Counted from the stretch's first letter, positions 1-7,380 are shown. The stretch is 64,000 nt of DNA from Microgenomates group bacterium Gr01-1014_7 (GCA_007376405.1 VMGD01000002.1:8159-72158), one strand, 5' to 3'. A program made the numbers and translations. Notes: a model not told the origin generated them from the letters alone.

Positions 1-8
1 GGGGCGAT

Positions 9-1196
9 GTGACAGCCCTAATTGGCTCAAAAACCTTTGACAGAACTCCGGAAGGTGACCGGACTTTCTATAATTTTGGGCCACTGACAGTTGCACTAAC
101 TGGTTGTCAAAACTCTCTAGAGATGGAAGAAGTTGTTAGATCAGGAAGAGAAATGGCAGGTAAACTATTTATTCCTGATGAGTTAAACAAATTTGATCAA
201 GATGCTCTGTTTGGTGCTCTAAAGATTGCAGCCACTCTTAGGCCAGGTGAATTTTTTAACTTTAAAGAATTACCAGGAGTTAGGTTACGGATGGCAAAGA
301 AAGGTGTTGCAATTGTCGCTACCATGAATCCTGCTACTGCCAGGTATGAGAGAAAAGTACTTGATCCGGCGTTAGATAGATTATTTTATGATGGCAAAAA
401 GAGAATAGACTACCCGCCAATGACTCCTCAAGACCCGGAGCTTTATGAAATATTCTTGGGTATTTTAATGGATGATAACGGCAGAATTAGAATACCTAGA
501 GAAGATCTGGTACCAGCAAGAATAGAATATAAAGTTTCGGCAGCAGGGTTAATTAAACAGGTAATTGATCCTGAAGTTGCTCATCATGGGGCGCTTTATC
601 GTTTTTCTCTGGCTGCAGCCGAAATCCATAAAAGCTTTAGTCAAAAAGATAGTGTGGCTAAGACTGCAACCGACCCAGGATTTTTAGAAAAGACAGTTTT
701 GGAGATGGAGGTTTTAGTTAACTGGATGGAAGGGTACTCTACAGAAATAGAAGGTGGAGTTTCATTGCCAACTTATATAGGAAAAAAACTTCATGATTTT
801 TATACTAATATAGACAGCCAAAATGATAAAGTTATATTTGAGCGGGTATTTAGGCATTTTGGCTTTGATATCCAAAGTCCAAGAGAAATGGCAAAAGCTC
901 CTTATAGAGCTTTAACTCCTGTTGAAATTGGCTACTTAACTCCCAAGTCACCAAGAGAAGTCAGAAAAGAAGGTGATGAGGTAACTCCTTCATCAAAAAT
1001 CTACATTGACCCTCAGACCGGAGAAGAAATAAACTACCTCCCGGTAGATTTGGAAACAGAAGATGAACCATTACCTCCGGAAACTGTTTTTGAGTGGGAA
1101 GATGGCAGACAATACATGTATCTGGGCCAAAAAGTAGAAGGTGGAGAACCACTATATATACCAATGATGGTAGAATCTGATAAACAAACAACATAA
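9..1196 (+). CDS. AAA+ ATPase (MoxR/AAA_5-like) C-terminal part with a long C-terminal extension; probably 5'-truncated by the window edge
   Basis: The ORF is open to the window start. It has a sensor-2-like motif, VAIVATMNPATARYERKVLDPALDRLF, which resembles MoxR/dynein-type AAA+ (ATxNP...R..LDxAL.DRF). The gene ends 10 nt before the DGR target gene. Confidence 0.45.
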   Translation: MTALIGSKTFDRTPEGDRTFYNFGPLTVALTGCQNSLEMEEVVRSGREMAGKLFIPDELNKFDQDALFGALKIAATLRPGEFFNFKELPGVRLRMAKKGVAIVATMNPATARYERKVLDPALDRLFYDGKKRIDYPPMTPQDPELYEIFLGILMDDNGRIRIPREDLVPARIEYKVSAAGLIKQVIDPEVAHHGALYRFSLAAAEIHKSFSQKDSVAKTATDPGFLEKTVLEMEVLVNWMEGYSTEIEGGVSLPTYIGKKLHDFYTNIDSQNDKVIFERVFRHFGFDIQSPREMAKAPYRALTPVEIGYLTPKSPREVRKEGDEVTPSSKIYIDPQTGEEINYLPVDLETEDEPLPPETVFEWEDGRQYMYLGQKVEGGEPLYIPMMVESDKQTT

Positions 1197-1206
1197 GGAT
1201 AAAATT

Positions 1207-2037
1207 ATGCCAACTGAAACACTACCATTTGATCCCAACCAAGTACCTAAATTACTAAAAGAGGGTAGGATAAAAGTAGTCAGGAGCCCTCAAGTTACGT
1301 CTTCAGAAAGGGCAGTTTCTACTGATAGGATGACAGAGAGGGCAAAAGATATTTTAGGAAAGGATTTTCTGGGTGTAGAGGCCGTCAGAAATATGGAGGC
1401 AAAACTTAAAGGTGTAGGACAAGCAGTCGAATTTGATACTGCCGCTCTCCCGCCAATCCCTTATACGGAAAAAGACCTTGAGCTAGCCCGTCAACATGGA
1501 GAAATGCTTGTTCTGCGGGTGGGATTAATGCGTTTAGGCGGAAGGGAAGTTCCGCTATCACTTATAAATTTTAGGGAACTATTTAGAACTGATCCACTAA
1601 ATAAGTTATCAACGCCTTACTTCGCATTTAGAAGCGATGCTAATGATTGGTATAAAGATCAGCCTTTTGCAACTAAGGGTGGTGAAATTGGCTTATCTTG
1701 GGCTTTGGTAGCAAAAAACATACTACCAGGCTCAAATAGTAAGACTTTGAACCAACAGGCTCGTGTAATGGAGACTTATGCAACCAATTTACAAAGCCAA
1801 GGTGCAAGTAGAACTGAATTTAGAAGAAGAACTGCCACAGAAGCTGCTTATGATACTTTGTTATATTATGTCAACAATGGTGAGCAATTACTTTCAGATA
1901 AATATGACTGGACTCAAACGCGCACGTCCGACGGCCGCCTCGTCCTTGTTGGGTACTTTGACTCGGGCGGTCTGGGCGTGGACTACTGGGATCCGACGCT
2001 TCAGTATCCGAACATCGGTGTGTGTCTTTCCCGGTAG
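1207..2037 (+). CDS. DGR target (variable) protein; the C-terminal ~40 aa are encoded by VR and probably form a CLec/FGE-like variable ligand-binding fold
   Basis: The ORF ends exactly within the VR. Its C-terminus, ...VGYFDSGGLGVDYWDPTLQYPNIGVCLSR, resembles the ...NxGFRCxR ending typical of CLec/FGE-fold DGR targets. The TR-encoded version is Asn-rich (AAC codons). Confidence 0.75.
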   Translation: MPTETLPFDPNQVPKLLKEGRIKVVRSPQVTSSERAVSTDRMTERAKDILGKDFLGVEAVRNMEAKLKGVGQAVEFDTAALPPIPYTEKDLELARQHGEMLVLRVGLMRLGGREVPLSLINFRELFRTDPLNKLSTPYFAFRSDANDWYKDQPFATKGGEIGLSWALVAKNILPGSNSKTLNQQARVMETYATNLQSQGASRTEFRRRTATEAAYDTLLYYVNNGEQLLSDKYDWTQTRTSDGRLVLVGYFDSGGLGVDYWDPTLQYPNIGVCLSR

Positions 2038-2040
2038 TTT
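1917..2040 (+). repeat. DGR variable repeat (VR)
   Basis: VR is about 84% identical to 3777-3900. Every mismatch except the last pair (2033-2034) corresponds to an adenine in the other copy, and the substitutions go to G, C or T. The 3' 27 bp (2006-2032) are identical, consistent with IMH. Confidence 0.8.
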
Positions 2041-2075
2041 TAGGTACTTGAATTCTTGATTCCTTAGTACTTGTA

Positions 2076-2090
2076 CCCCGCGGCGCGGGG
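2076..2090 (+). other. GC-rich hairpin (ccccgcg-g-cgcgggg) immediately downstream of VR; a DGR cruciform/stem-loop candidate
   Basis: It is a perfect 7-bp GC stem with a 1-nt loop, 36 nt after the VR end, in an otherwise AT-rich context. Confidence 0.55.
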
Positions 2091-2109
2091 TCAAGGCAAA
2101 TTTTACAAA

Positions 2110-3162
2110 TTACTCTGTTAACCAATACCAAATCAAATTTTCCAGTTCTTTTCGGAATCTGTAAGCATTGGCATGGGTAAGATAGCCAAAATAGGATTGA
2201 ATGGTTTGGTTTAAACTATCTTCAGTGATTTTGCCGGATTTAAACTCATTAATTTTTGCTTTAATTTTTCTAAGCAGCCTTCTTTTAGTTTTTGTTCTTG
2301 GTAGAATATGATTGGGAAATATAATGTAACCTAAAAAATCTATTCCGCTTCCGAATTTCCCAAAAATAATTTTATCCGGATGAACCTGTAAAGCTAATCT
2401 TTCATTTAAAAATCTTTCAATGTGAGGAATTAAGCTCTCTAAATATAACTTATCTTGAGAAAGGATCACAAAATCATCAGCGTATCGAAGATAATATTTT
2501 ACCTTTAGCTTATGCTTCACAAATTGGTCAAGTTCGTTCATATAAATATTGGAGAAAAATTGGGATGTCAGATTACCAATAGGTATACCCTTTTTGTCTG
2601 TAAGATCAACTGTTCTGTCGGAATAAAAACTATCAATTATTTTCCAAAGAAGGTTAAGAAAATCTTGATCTTTAATTTTCCTGGAAAATATTTCAAAAAG
2701 AATTTTATGGTTTACTGATGGAAAAAACTTCTTTATATCCAGTTTTACTGACCAGCAAGTACGTTTATTATTTCTACTTACCCTCAGGGCCATTTTTTGT
2801 AAGGCGAATATTCCTTTATGTGTACCCTTATTTTTTCGACAAGAATAGGAGTGAGAAATAAAAGTAGGCTCAAAAATTGGCTCAAGCTCATTGCTGACTA
2901 TATGGTGAACTATTCTATCTATAACAGTGGTCTTATGAATTAAGCGTAGCTTTGGATCCCGAACATAAAAACTGCTATATGTACCCGGATGATATGTCTT
3001 CTCCTGAAGAAGCTTACAAAGATTGGCAAAATTTTCCGGGAAATTTTTCATAAAAAGCTTAACATCTTTCTTTTTCTTCTTACCGACTAAAAACTCTCTC
3101 CAACCACGAAAAATATTTTCCTTTGTGGTAAGATTGCTGTAGATATTATGGTAGATTTTCAT
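2110..3162 (-). CDS. DGR reverse transcriptase
   Basis: RT motifs are present: the YADD box (RYADDFVIL) and the DGR-specific motif IGNLTSQ (I/LGxxxSQ). The N-terminus follows the Y..L...ENL pattern. The gene lies between VR and TR. Confidence 0.9.
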   Translation of the reverse strand: MKIYHNIYSNLTTKENIFRGWREFLVGKKKKKDVKLFMKNFPENFANLCKLLQEKTYHPGTYSSFYVRDPKLRLIHKTTVIDRIVHHIVSNELEPIFEPTFISHSYSCRKNKGTHKGIFALQKMALRVSRNNKRTCWSVKLDIKKFFPSVNHKILFEIFSRKIKDQDFLNLLWKIIDSFYSDRTVDLTDKKGIPIGNLTSQFFSNIYMNELDQFVKHKLKVKYYLRYADDFVILSQDKLYLESLIPHIERFLNERLALQVHPDKIIFGKFGSGIDFLGYIIFPNHILPRTKTKRRLLRKIKAKINEFKSGKITEDSLNQTIQSYFGYLTHANAYRFRKELENLIWYWLTE

Positions 3163-3510
3163 TCACCCTGGCAGGATATACCCTTATTTAATAAAACTTA
3201 CGAGCTCTATAAAACTTTCTACGAATACCTATTGTTGTTCCCCCGAAAAAATAGATATACCATTGGACAAAAATGTGAAACAATCTTACTTGAAACATTA
3301 GAAGCGATTATTCTGGCCAGTAACCTCTCTAAACAAGAAAAATTACCGGTTCTAAAAAAGGCCAGCATGAAGTTGGATGTAGTGAGAGTGTTCTTTAAAC
3401 TGGCTAAGGATATAAAAGTTTTAGAAAATAAAAAATACCAAGTACTTGAATCCCAAACTACAGAAATAGGTAAGATGTTAGGTGGGTGGATTAAAGCTTC
3501 TCAAATTTAA
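3148..3510 (+). CDS. Avd-like accessory variability determinant (four-helix-bundle protein, TIGR02436-like)
   Basis: It is a 120-aa basic helical protein with a C-terminal ...EIGKMLGGWIK ending, like four-helix-bundle/Avd family members. It lies directly upstream of TR on the same strand and diverges from the RT with a 15-nt start overlap. Confidence 0.55.
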   Translation: MVDFHSPWQDIPLFNKTYELYKTFYEYLLLFPRKNRYTIGQKCETILLETLEAIILASNLSKQEKLPVLKKASMKLDVVRVFFKLAKDIKVLENKKYQVLESQTTEIGKMLGGWIKASQI

Positions 3511-3776
3511 ATACAGTATTTTAATCTTTAGAATTTTATGATAATCTGTTTATGGAAGGTTAAAAATCTTCCCTTCTTTTGTAGGTCCCAGAATTCTAAT
3601 TAGCACGTCTAATTAGGAGCGCGGCCAAAAAGAAGTAATGAAACTACTTGCTCTTTTCTGGCGCAGATTCTTTAGAGCTTCAGCTCGCAAGCTGTGCTTA
3701 ATTGATACTGCCGAAAAAATATACAGAGAAGATACATTTGATAAATTCTCAGTGATCAGAGGGAAAAGGGCAATGG

Positions 3777-3900
3777 AAAGCGCACGTCCGACGACAACCT
3801 CGTCAATGTTGGGAACTTTGACTCGAACGGACTGAACGTGAACAACTGGAATCCGACGAATCAGAATCCGAACATCGGTGTGTGTCTTTCCCGACAGTTT
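3777..3900 (+). repeat. DGR template repeat (TR)
   Basis: This is the adenine-rich copy (~32 A). Adenines at the VR-mismatch positions are intact here. Only spurious ORFs cover it. Confidence 0.8.
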
Positions 3901-3909
3901 CAACCTAAA

Positions 3910-3947
3910 AAGAAGCTCTCTTGGTTAAGGGAGCTTCTTTATTTTAA
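3910..3947 (+). terminator. Rho-independent terminator-like hairpin after TR
   Basis: The sequence aagaagctc-tcttggttaagg-gagcttctt forms a perfect 9-bp stem and is followed by tttatttt. Confidence 0.55.
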
Positions 3948-4475
3948 AAGTTACTCAAAAAGAATAATATAGACTGCAAAGACAAGAAAATAAAACTCGC
4001 GAAAATTTTTCCAGCTCAAAAGGAATTTAACAAAATTAATGAAGTGAAACGAAGTAAAAAGTGAAAAGCAGCGCTAATTCCCCTTTTTTGTAACTCCGAT
4101 TCAATTATAGTAGCGATCCCGCCGAAGGCGGGAGAGCGAAGCGATACAATGCGTTGATGGAAAATTTAAAGTACCTTTTTCTTAATCTCACTTGCGATGT
4201 TTATATTATTAATATTGTTTCATAATTTATATTCCCCGCTGTGGCGGGGAAACTCTGGCAAAAAGCGAAAGGAATTTGAATTTTTGCTACTTGTTTTTTC
4301 TGCCGGCAGTTTGTAATATTGTAGATGTAGTCAAACTTTCCCATTCGGCTTTTTAATGGGCATCTTGGGCAAATCCGAATGGGTTTGACTACACCAAGGT
4401 GCCCTTTAAAGTGGAGAAATGGTGAAGTTGGAATAAATCCAACTTCACACCTTATCCCACTTTACCTATTAAATT

Positions 4476-6041
4476 ATGGAACAAACTGCCTTTAACAGTA
4501 ATAATTCGCAAAAATTCTTTTTATATGCTCGCAAGTCTACAGATGTAGAAGATAAACAAATGCGGTCTATTCCGGATCAACTGTTAGAACTAAGGGAATA
4601 TGCCAAGCGTGAAGGATTATATATTGTTGAAGAGCTAACAGAGGCTAAAACTGCTAAGGCTCCGGGTAGAGTGGTTTTTAATAGTATGCTTTCTAGAATA
4701 GAGAATGGTGAAGCGGAAGGTATTGTAGCTTGGCATCCGGATAGACTTGCTCGTAACAGTATAGATGGTGGGAAAATTATTTACCTTCTTGACCTTGGGA
4801 AACTTAAAAACTTAAAGTTTCCCCAACATTGGTTTGAAAATACTCCTCAAGGTAAATTTTCCCTTAATATGGCTTTTTGCCAAAGTAAATACTTCGTGGA
4901 CTCGCTTTCAGAAAATACCAAAAGAGGAATCCGCCAAAAAGTTAAAAGGGGTGAAATGCCAGGACTTGCACCAGTAGGTTATTTAAACATAATGACTAAT
5001 AACAGGAAAATTATAGTCATTGATAAAAAGCGTGCTCTTATTATAAGACAAGCTTTTGAAATGTTTGCTACGGCTAAATATCGTATTCAAGATATTTGCA
5101 ACTTTCTGGCTGAAAATGGCATGGCAAAGGCCAGTGGTAAGCTTTGGAAGAGCGATCGGGTAAGTAAGCAGATACTTTCCAATCCTTTCTATTACGGCCA
5201 TTTTAAATATATGGGCGAGATCCACGAAGGGGTTCATCAGCCAATCATTACAAAGAAACTGTGGGACGCAGTCCAAATCGTGTGGAGGAAGCGAAGTCAT
5301 TCCTGGAAAGAGATGAGACCACAAAAACCTTTAACAGGACTTTTTCGTTGTGGTGAGTGTGGTATGATGATTACCGCCGAACTCCAAAAAGGCTACATAT
5401 ATTATCGTTGTACGAAAAAGTCTAAGGTAAGATCCTGTTCTCAGTTATATATTCGGGAAGAAGAGTTAGATCGACAATTATCAGATCAAATAGCCACAGT
5501 TTCTTTGAGGCAGGATTGGGCAGATAAAATGTTGGCTAAGTTATCGATAGAGGAAAAAAATGTAGCCCAATCCTGTGATATGTTTGTTGGAGAAAAGCAA
5601 GCAGAGATTAAATCTATCAATGAAAAACTCCAAAGACTCCTTGATTCTTATTTAGAGCAAGACATCGAGCGTGAGGATTACCTTGTTAAAAAAGCAGATT
5701 TGCTTGCTTTAAAGAAAAAATTAGAGGAACAAATTTTATCTTTCCAACAAACCAAAAATGCTTGGCTCGAACCAATGAAACAATGGATAGTGGAAGCCGC
5801 CGCGGCGGCTAATATCGCAAGAAGTAAAGACTTAAATGCAAAAAAGGTACTTGCTCAAAAAATCTTCGGCTCGAACCCCACACTAAAAGACAGAAAGGTA
5901 TATTGCAACGCTCTAAACATATGGTCCGCCCTACGGGCGGACCCGCCAACTCGGGACTCGGAGCCGACAGCGGGAATTGAACCCGCGACCCCGTTCTTAC
6001 CAAGAACGTGCTCTACCACTGAGCCATGTCGGCAGAAATGA
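4476..6041 (+). CDS. Large serine recombinase (resolvase/invertase-type N-terminal domain, recombinase domain, zinc ribbon and coiled coil)
   Basis: The N-terminus FLYARKSTDVEDKQ carries the catalytic Ser. A zinc-ribbon CGECG...YYRC and a long coiled coil follow. The last ~26 codons run antisense through tRNA-Thr, so the true stop may be functionally irrelevant. Confidence 0.85.
   Translation: MEQTAFNSNNSQKFFLYARKSTDVEDKQMRSIPDQLLELREYAKREGLYIVEELTEAKTAKAPGRVVFNSMLSRIENGEAEGIVAWHPDRLARNSIDGGKIIYLLDLGKLKNLKFPQHWFENTPQGKFSLNMAFCQSKYFVDSLSENTKRGIRQKVKRGEMPGLAPVGYLNIMTNNRKIIVIDKKRALIIRQAFEMFATAKYRIQDICNFLAENGMAKASGKLWKSDRVSKQILSNPFYYGHFKYMGEIHEGVHQPIITKKLWDAVQIVWRKRSHSWKEMRPQKPLTGLFRCGECGMMITAELQKGYIYYRCTKKSKVRSCSQLYIREEELDRQLSDQIATVSLRQDWADKMLAKLSIEEKNVAQSCDMFVGEKQAEIKSINEKLQRLLDSYLEQDIEREDYLVKKADLLALKKKLEEQILSFQQTKNAWLEPMKQWIVEAAAAANIARSKDLNAKKVLAQKIFGSNPTLKDRKVYCNALNIWSALRADPPTRDSEPTAGIEPATPFLPRTCSTTEPCRQK
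5962..6033 (-). tRNA. tRNA-Thr (anticodon GGU)
   Basis: The reverse complement folds as a canonical cloverleaf: acceptor GCCGACA/TGTCGGC, D-arm GCTC-AGTGGTA-GAGC, anticodon loop TTGGTAA, T-arm GCGGG-TTCAATT-CCCGC, discriminator T. No CCA is encoded. Confidence 0.75.
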
Positions 6042-6112
6042 GCCTCCTGGCAGAATCGGACTGCCGTCATATGTTTACAAAACATACGCACTAACCACTG
6101 TGCTAAGGAGGC
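6041..6112 (-). tRNA. tRNA-Thr (anticodon UGU)
   Basis: The reverse complement gives acceptor GCCTCCT/AGGAGGC, D-arm GCAC-AGTGGTTA-GTGC, anticodon stem TATGT/ACATA with loop TTTGTAA, and T-arm GGCAG-TCCGATT-CTGCC. The T-loop is atypical (C at position 55). Confidence 0.65.
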
Positions 6113-6169
6113 GTAGAATATATTCTACCAGTTTTCAGTTATCAGTTTCTAGTTTACAATGAATTTATA

Positions 6170-6406
6170 GTGACTCAATTATCAAACAAGTATCCTTTGG
6201 AAGAAAGAACAGCAAAATTTGGTGAAGATATTATTAAGTTTTGTAGAGTCTTAAAAGTAGATACAATATCCTTACCTCTTATAAGCCAACTTGTAAGGTC
6301 AGCAACTAGTATAGGAGCAAATTATATGGAAGCTAATGCAGCAAGTTCAAGAAATGACCTTGATATGCCAAAAGATTACTTCAACATTAAGAGGGAAATA
6401 GTTTAA
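6170..6406 (+). CDS. Four-helix-bundle protein (23S rRNA IVS protein/TIGR02436-like), apparently C-terminally truncated
   Basis: The motif SIGANYMEANAASSRNDL matches the family signature (S.I..NIAEG..R.S..DF). It is only 78 aa against ~115-125 for the family. Confidence 0.45.
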   Translation: MTQLSNKYPLEERTAKFGEDIIKFCRVLKVDTISLPLISQLVRSATSIGANYMEANAASSRNDLDMPKDYFNIKREIV

Positions 6407-6764
6407 TTACTCAGTAATTGATAACTGAGAACTTATTGAAAATTGAAAAATGTAAACTAAAAATTAAATAAGTACTCCCTACTATAGTCGTTAAGCCAAT
6501 TATTTTCCCCCTAAATTGAGGTGGGTGTCCTGGTCCGATAGAGATACTCTCATCGGACACTTCGAACTCCCTTAAAGTAACAAATATCGAAGAAAAAACT
6601 TTGGCTTTTAAACGTGCAAAGCAGGGATCAGGCAGAGCCTGGGTCCCTTAGGCCATCTACTAAATGTCCTTTAGGATAATTTAACAGTAGCACTAAAATA
6701 AATCTCTTGTCAAGGGGTTAAAACTTGACAAAAGATTATGTGTATGCTAATGTGTATGTGTATG

Positions 6765-7004
6765 TTAAACAGAAGAACAAATTTCCTTTTAAATAAGGAT
6801 GTATTGGATAAGTTGGTTAAACTTTCCCGGACTCGCAATATTTCTATGGCAGAGGTTGTTAGAAGAGCAGTAGAAAAAGAGTATGAGGAGGAAAAAGAGC
6901 TGGAAACAAGAAAGAAAGCAATAGATGCGACCCTAATGGGAAGATTAATGTCTAAAGGTAAAATTGATTACAAAGAGCTGATTAATTATGGCCGCAAATA
7001 TTAA
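6765..7004 (+). CDS. vapB: Ribbon-helix-helix (CopG/VapB-like) antitoxin
   Basis: It is a small RHH-like N-terminus. It overlaps the downstream PIN-domain gene by 17 nt. The start was chosen at MLNRRTN after the TGTGTATG microsatellite. Confidence 0.55.
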   Translation, partial: LNRRTNFLLNKDVLDKLVKLSRTRNISMAEVVRRAVEKEYEEEKELETRKKAIDATLMGRLMSKGKIDYKELINYGRKY

Positions 7005-7380
7005 AAAATACATTGTAGATGCTTCTTTTGTTCTTTCCTTTTTACTTCCCGATGAAAATCACCAAGAGGCAGATTTGTTTTTTAATCAATATAAAGCCGG
7101 CATCATTAATTTTTTATCTACACCGTTGTTGCCTTTTGAGGTGGTAAATGGATTAAAGTTAGCAGTTATTAGAAAAAGGATCAGTTCAAAATACGCAAAA
7201 GAACGAATGAAAGAATTTTTTAATTATCAAATCAGACTTGTGGGCACAGATTTTTTTGAAGTTTTTGACTTGGCCCAGAAGAATAATTTAACTGTTTATG
7301 ATGCATGCTATTTATATCTGTCGAGGATTAAAAAGGCCCAGCTTCTAACATCCGATGAAGCTCTCCAAAAATTAATTTAA
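6988..7380 (+). CDS. vapC: PIN-domain toxin VapC
   Basis: The N-terminal YIVDASFVL.. has the PIN acidic residue. The C-terminal LLTSDEAL matches the typical ..T.D pattern. Confidence 0.7.
   Translation: MAANIKKYIVDASFVLSFLLPDENHQEADLFFNQYKAGIINFLSTPLLPFEVVNGLKLAVIRKRISSKYAKERMKEFFNYQIRLVGTDFFEVFDLAQKNNLTVYDACYLYLSRIKKAQLLTSDEALQKLI

Larger units (their letters stand above)
1207..3942. mobile_element. Diversity-generating retroelement (DGR) cassette: target gene with VR, hairpin, RT, Avd-like ORF, TR and terminator
   Basis: Two ~124-bp near-identical repeats lie at 1917-2040 and 3777-3900. They differ almost only where the 3777-3900 copy has A. An RT with DGR hallmark motifs lies between them. 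Confidence 0.85.

Noticed and set aside
3613-3903. ORFs 3613..3903 (minus strand) and 3638..3835 (plus strand) overlapping the TR, and ORFs 1778..2059, 1871..2131 and 1894..2094 overlapping the VR.
   Set aside because: They lie entirely over the DGR repeats and resemble each other only because TR and VR are repeats. They have no start context or motifs. TR is expected to be non-coding.
5809-6162. Small ORFs (5809..6003 minus, 5855..6091 minus, 5977..6162 plus) near the recombinase 3' end.
   Set aside because: They overlap the two tRNA-Thr genes and the recombinase tail. They are artefacts of the GC-rich tRNA sequence.
6500-6600. A tRNA-like inverted-repeat region (gtgtcc...tccgat-agagatactctc-atcgga-cac followed by ttcgaactccc) that at first looked like a T-arm.
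   Set aside because: No consistent cloverleaf could be built. The T-stem and acceptor complementarity are absent on either strand. It is most likely a simple hairpin or terminator.
6738-6764. The N-terminal MCMLMCMCML extension of the RHH antitoxin ORF.
   Set aside because: It derives from a (TGTGTATG)n microsatellite within the promoter -10 region. The likely translation start is the downstream ATG at 6765.
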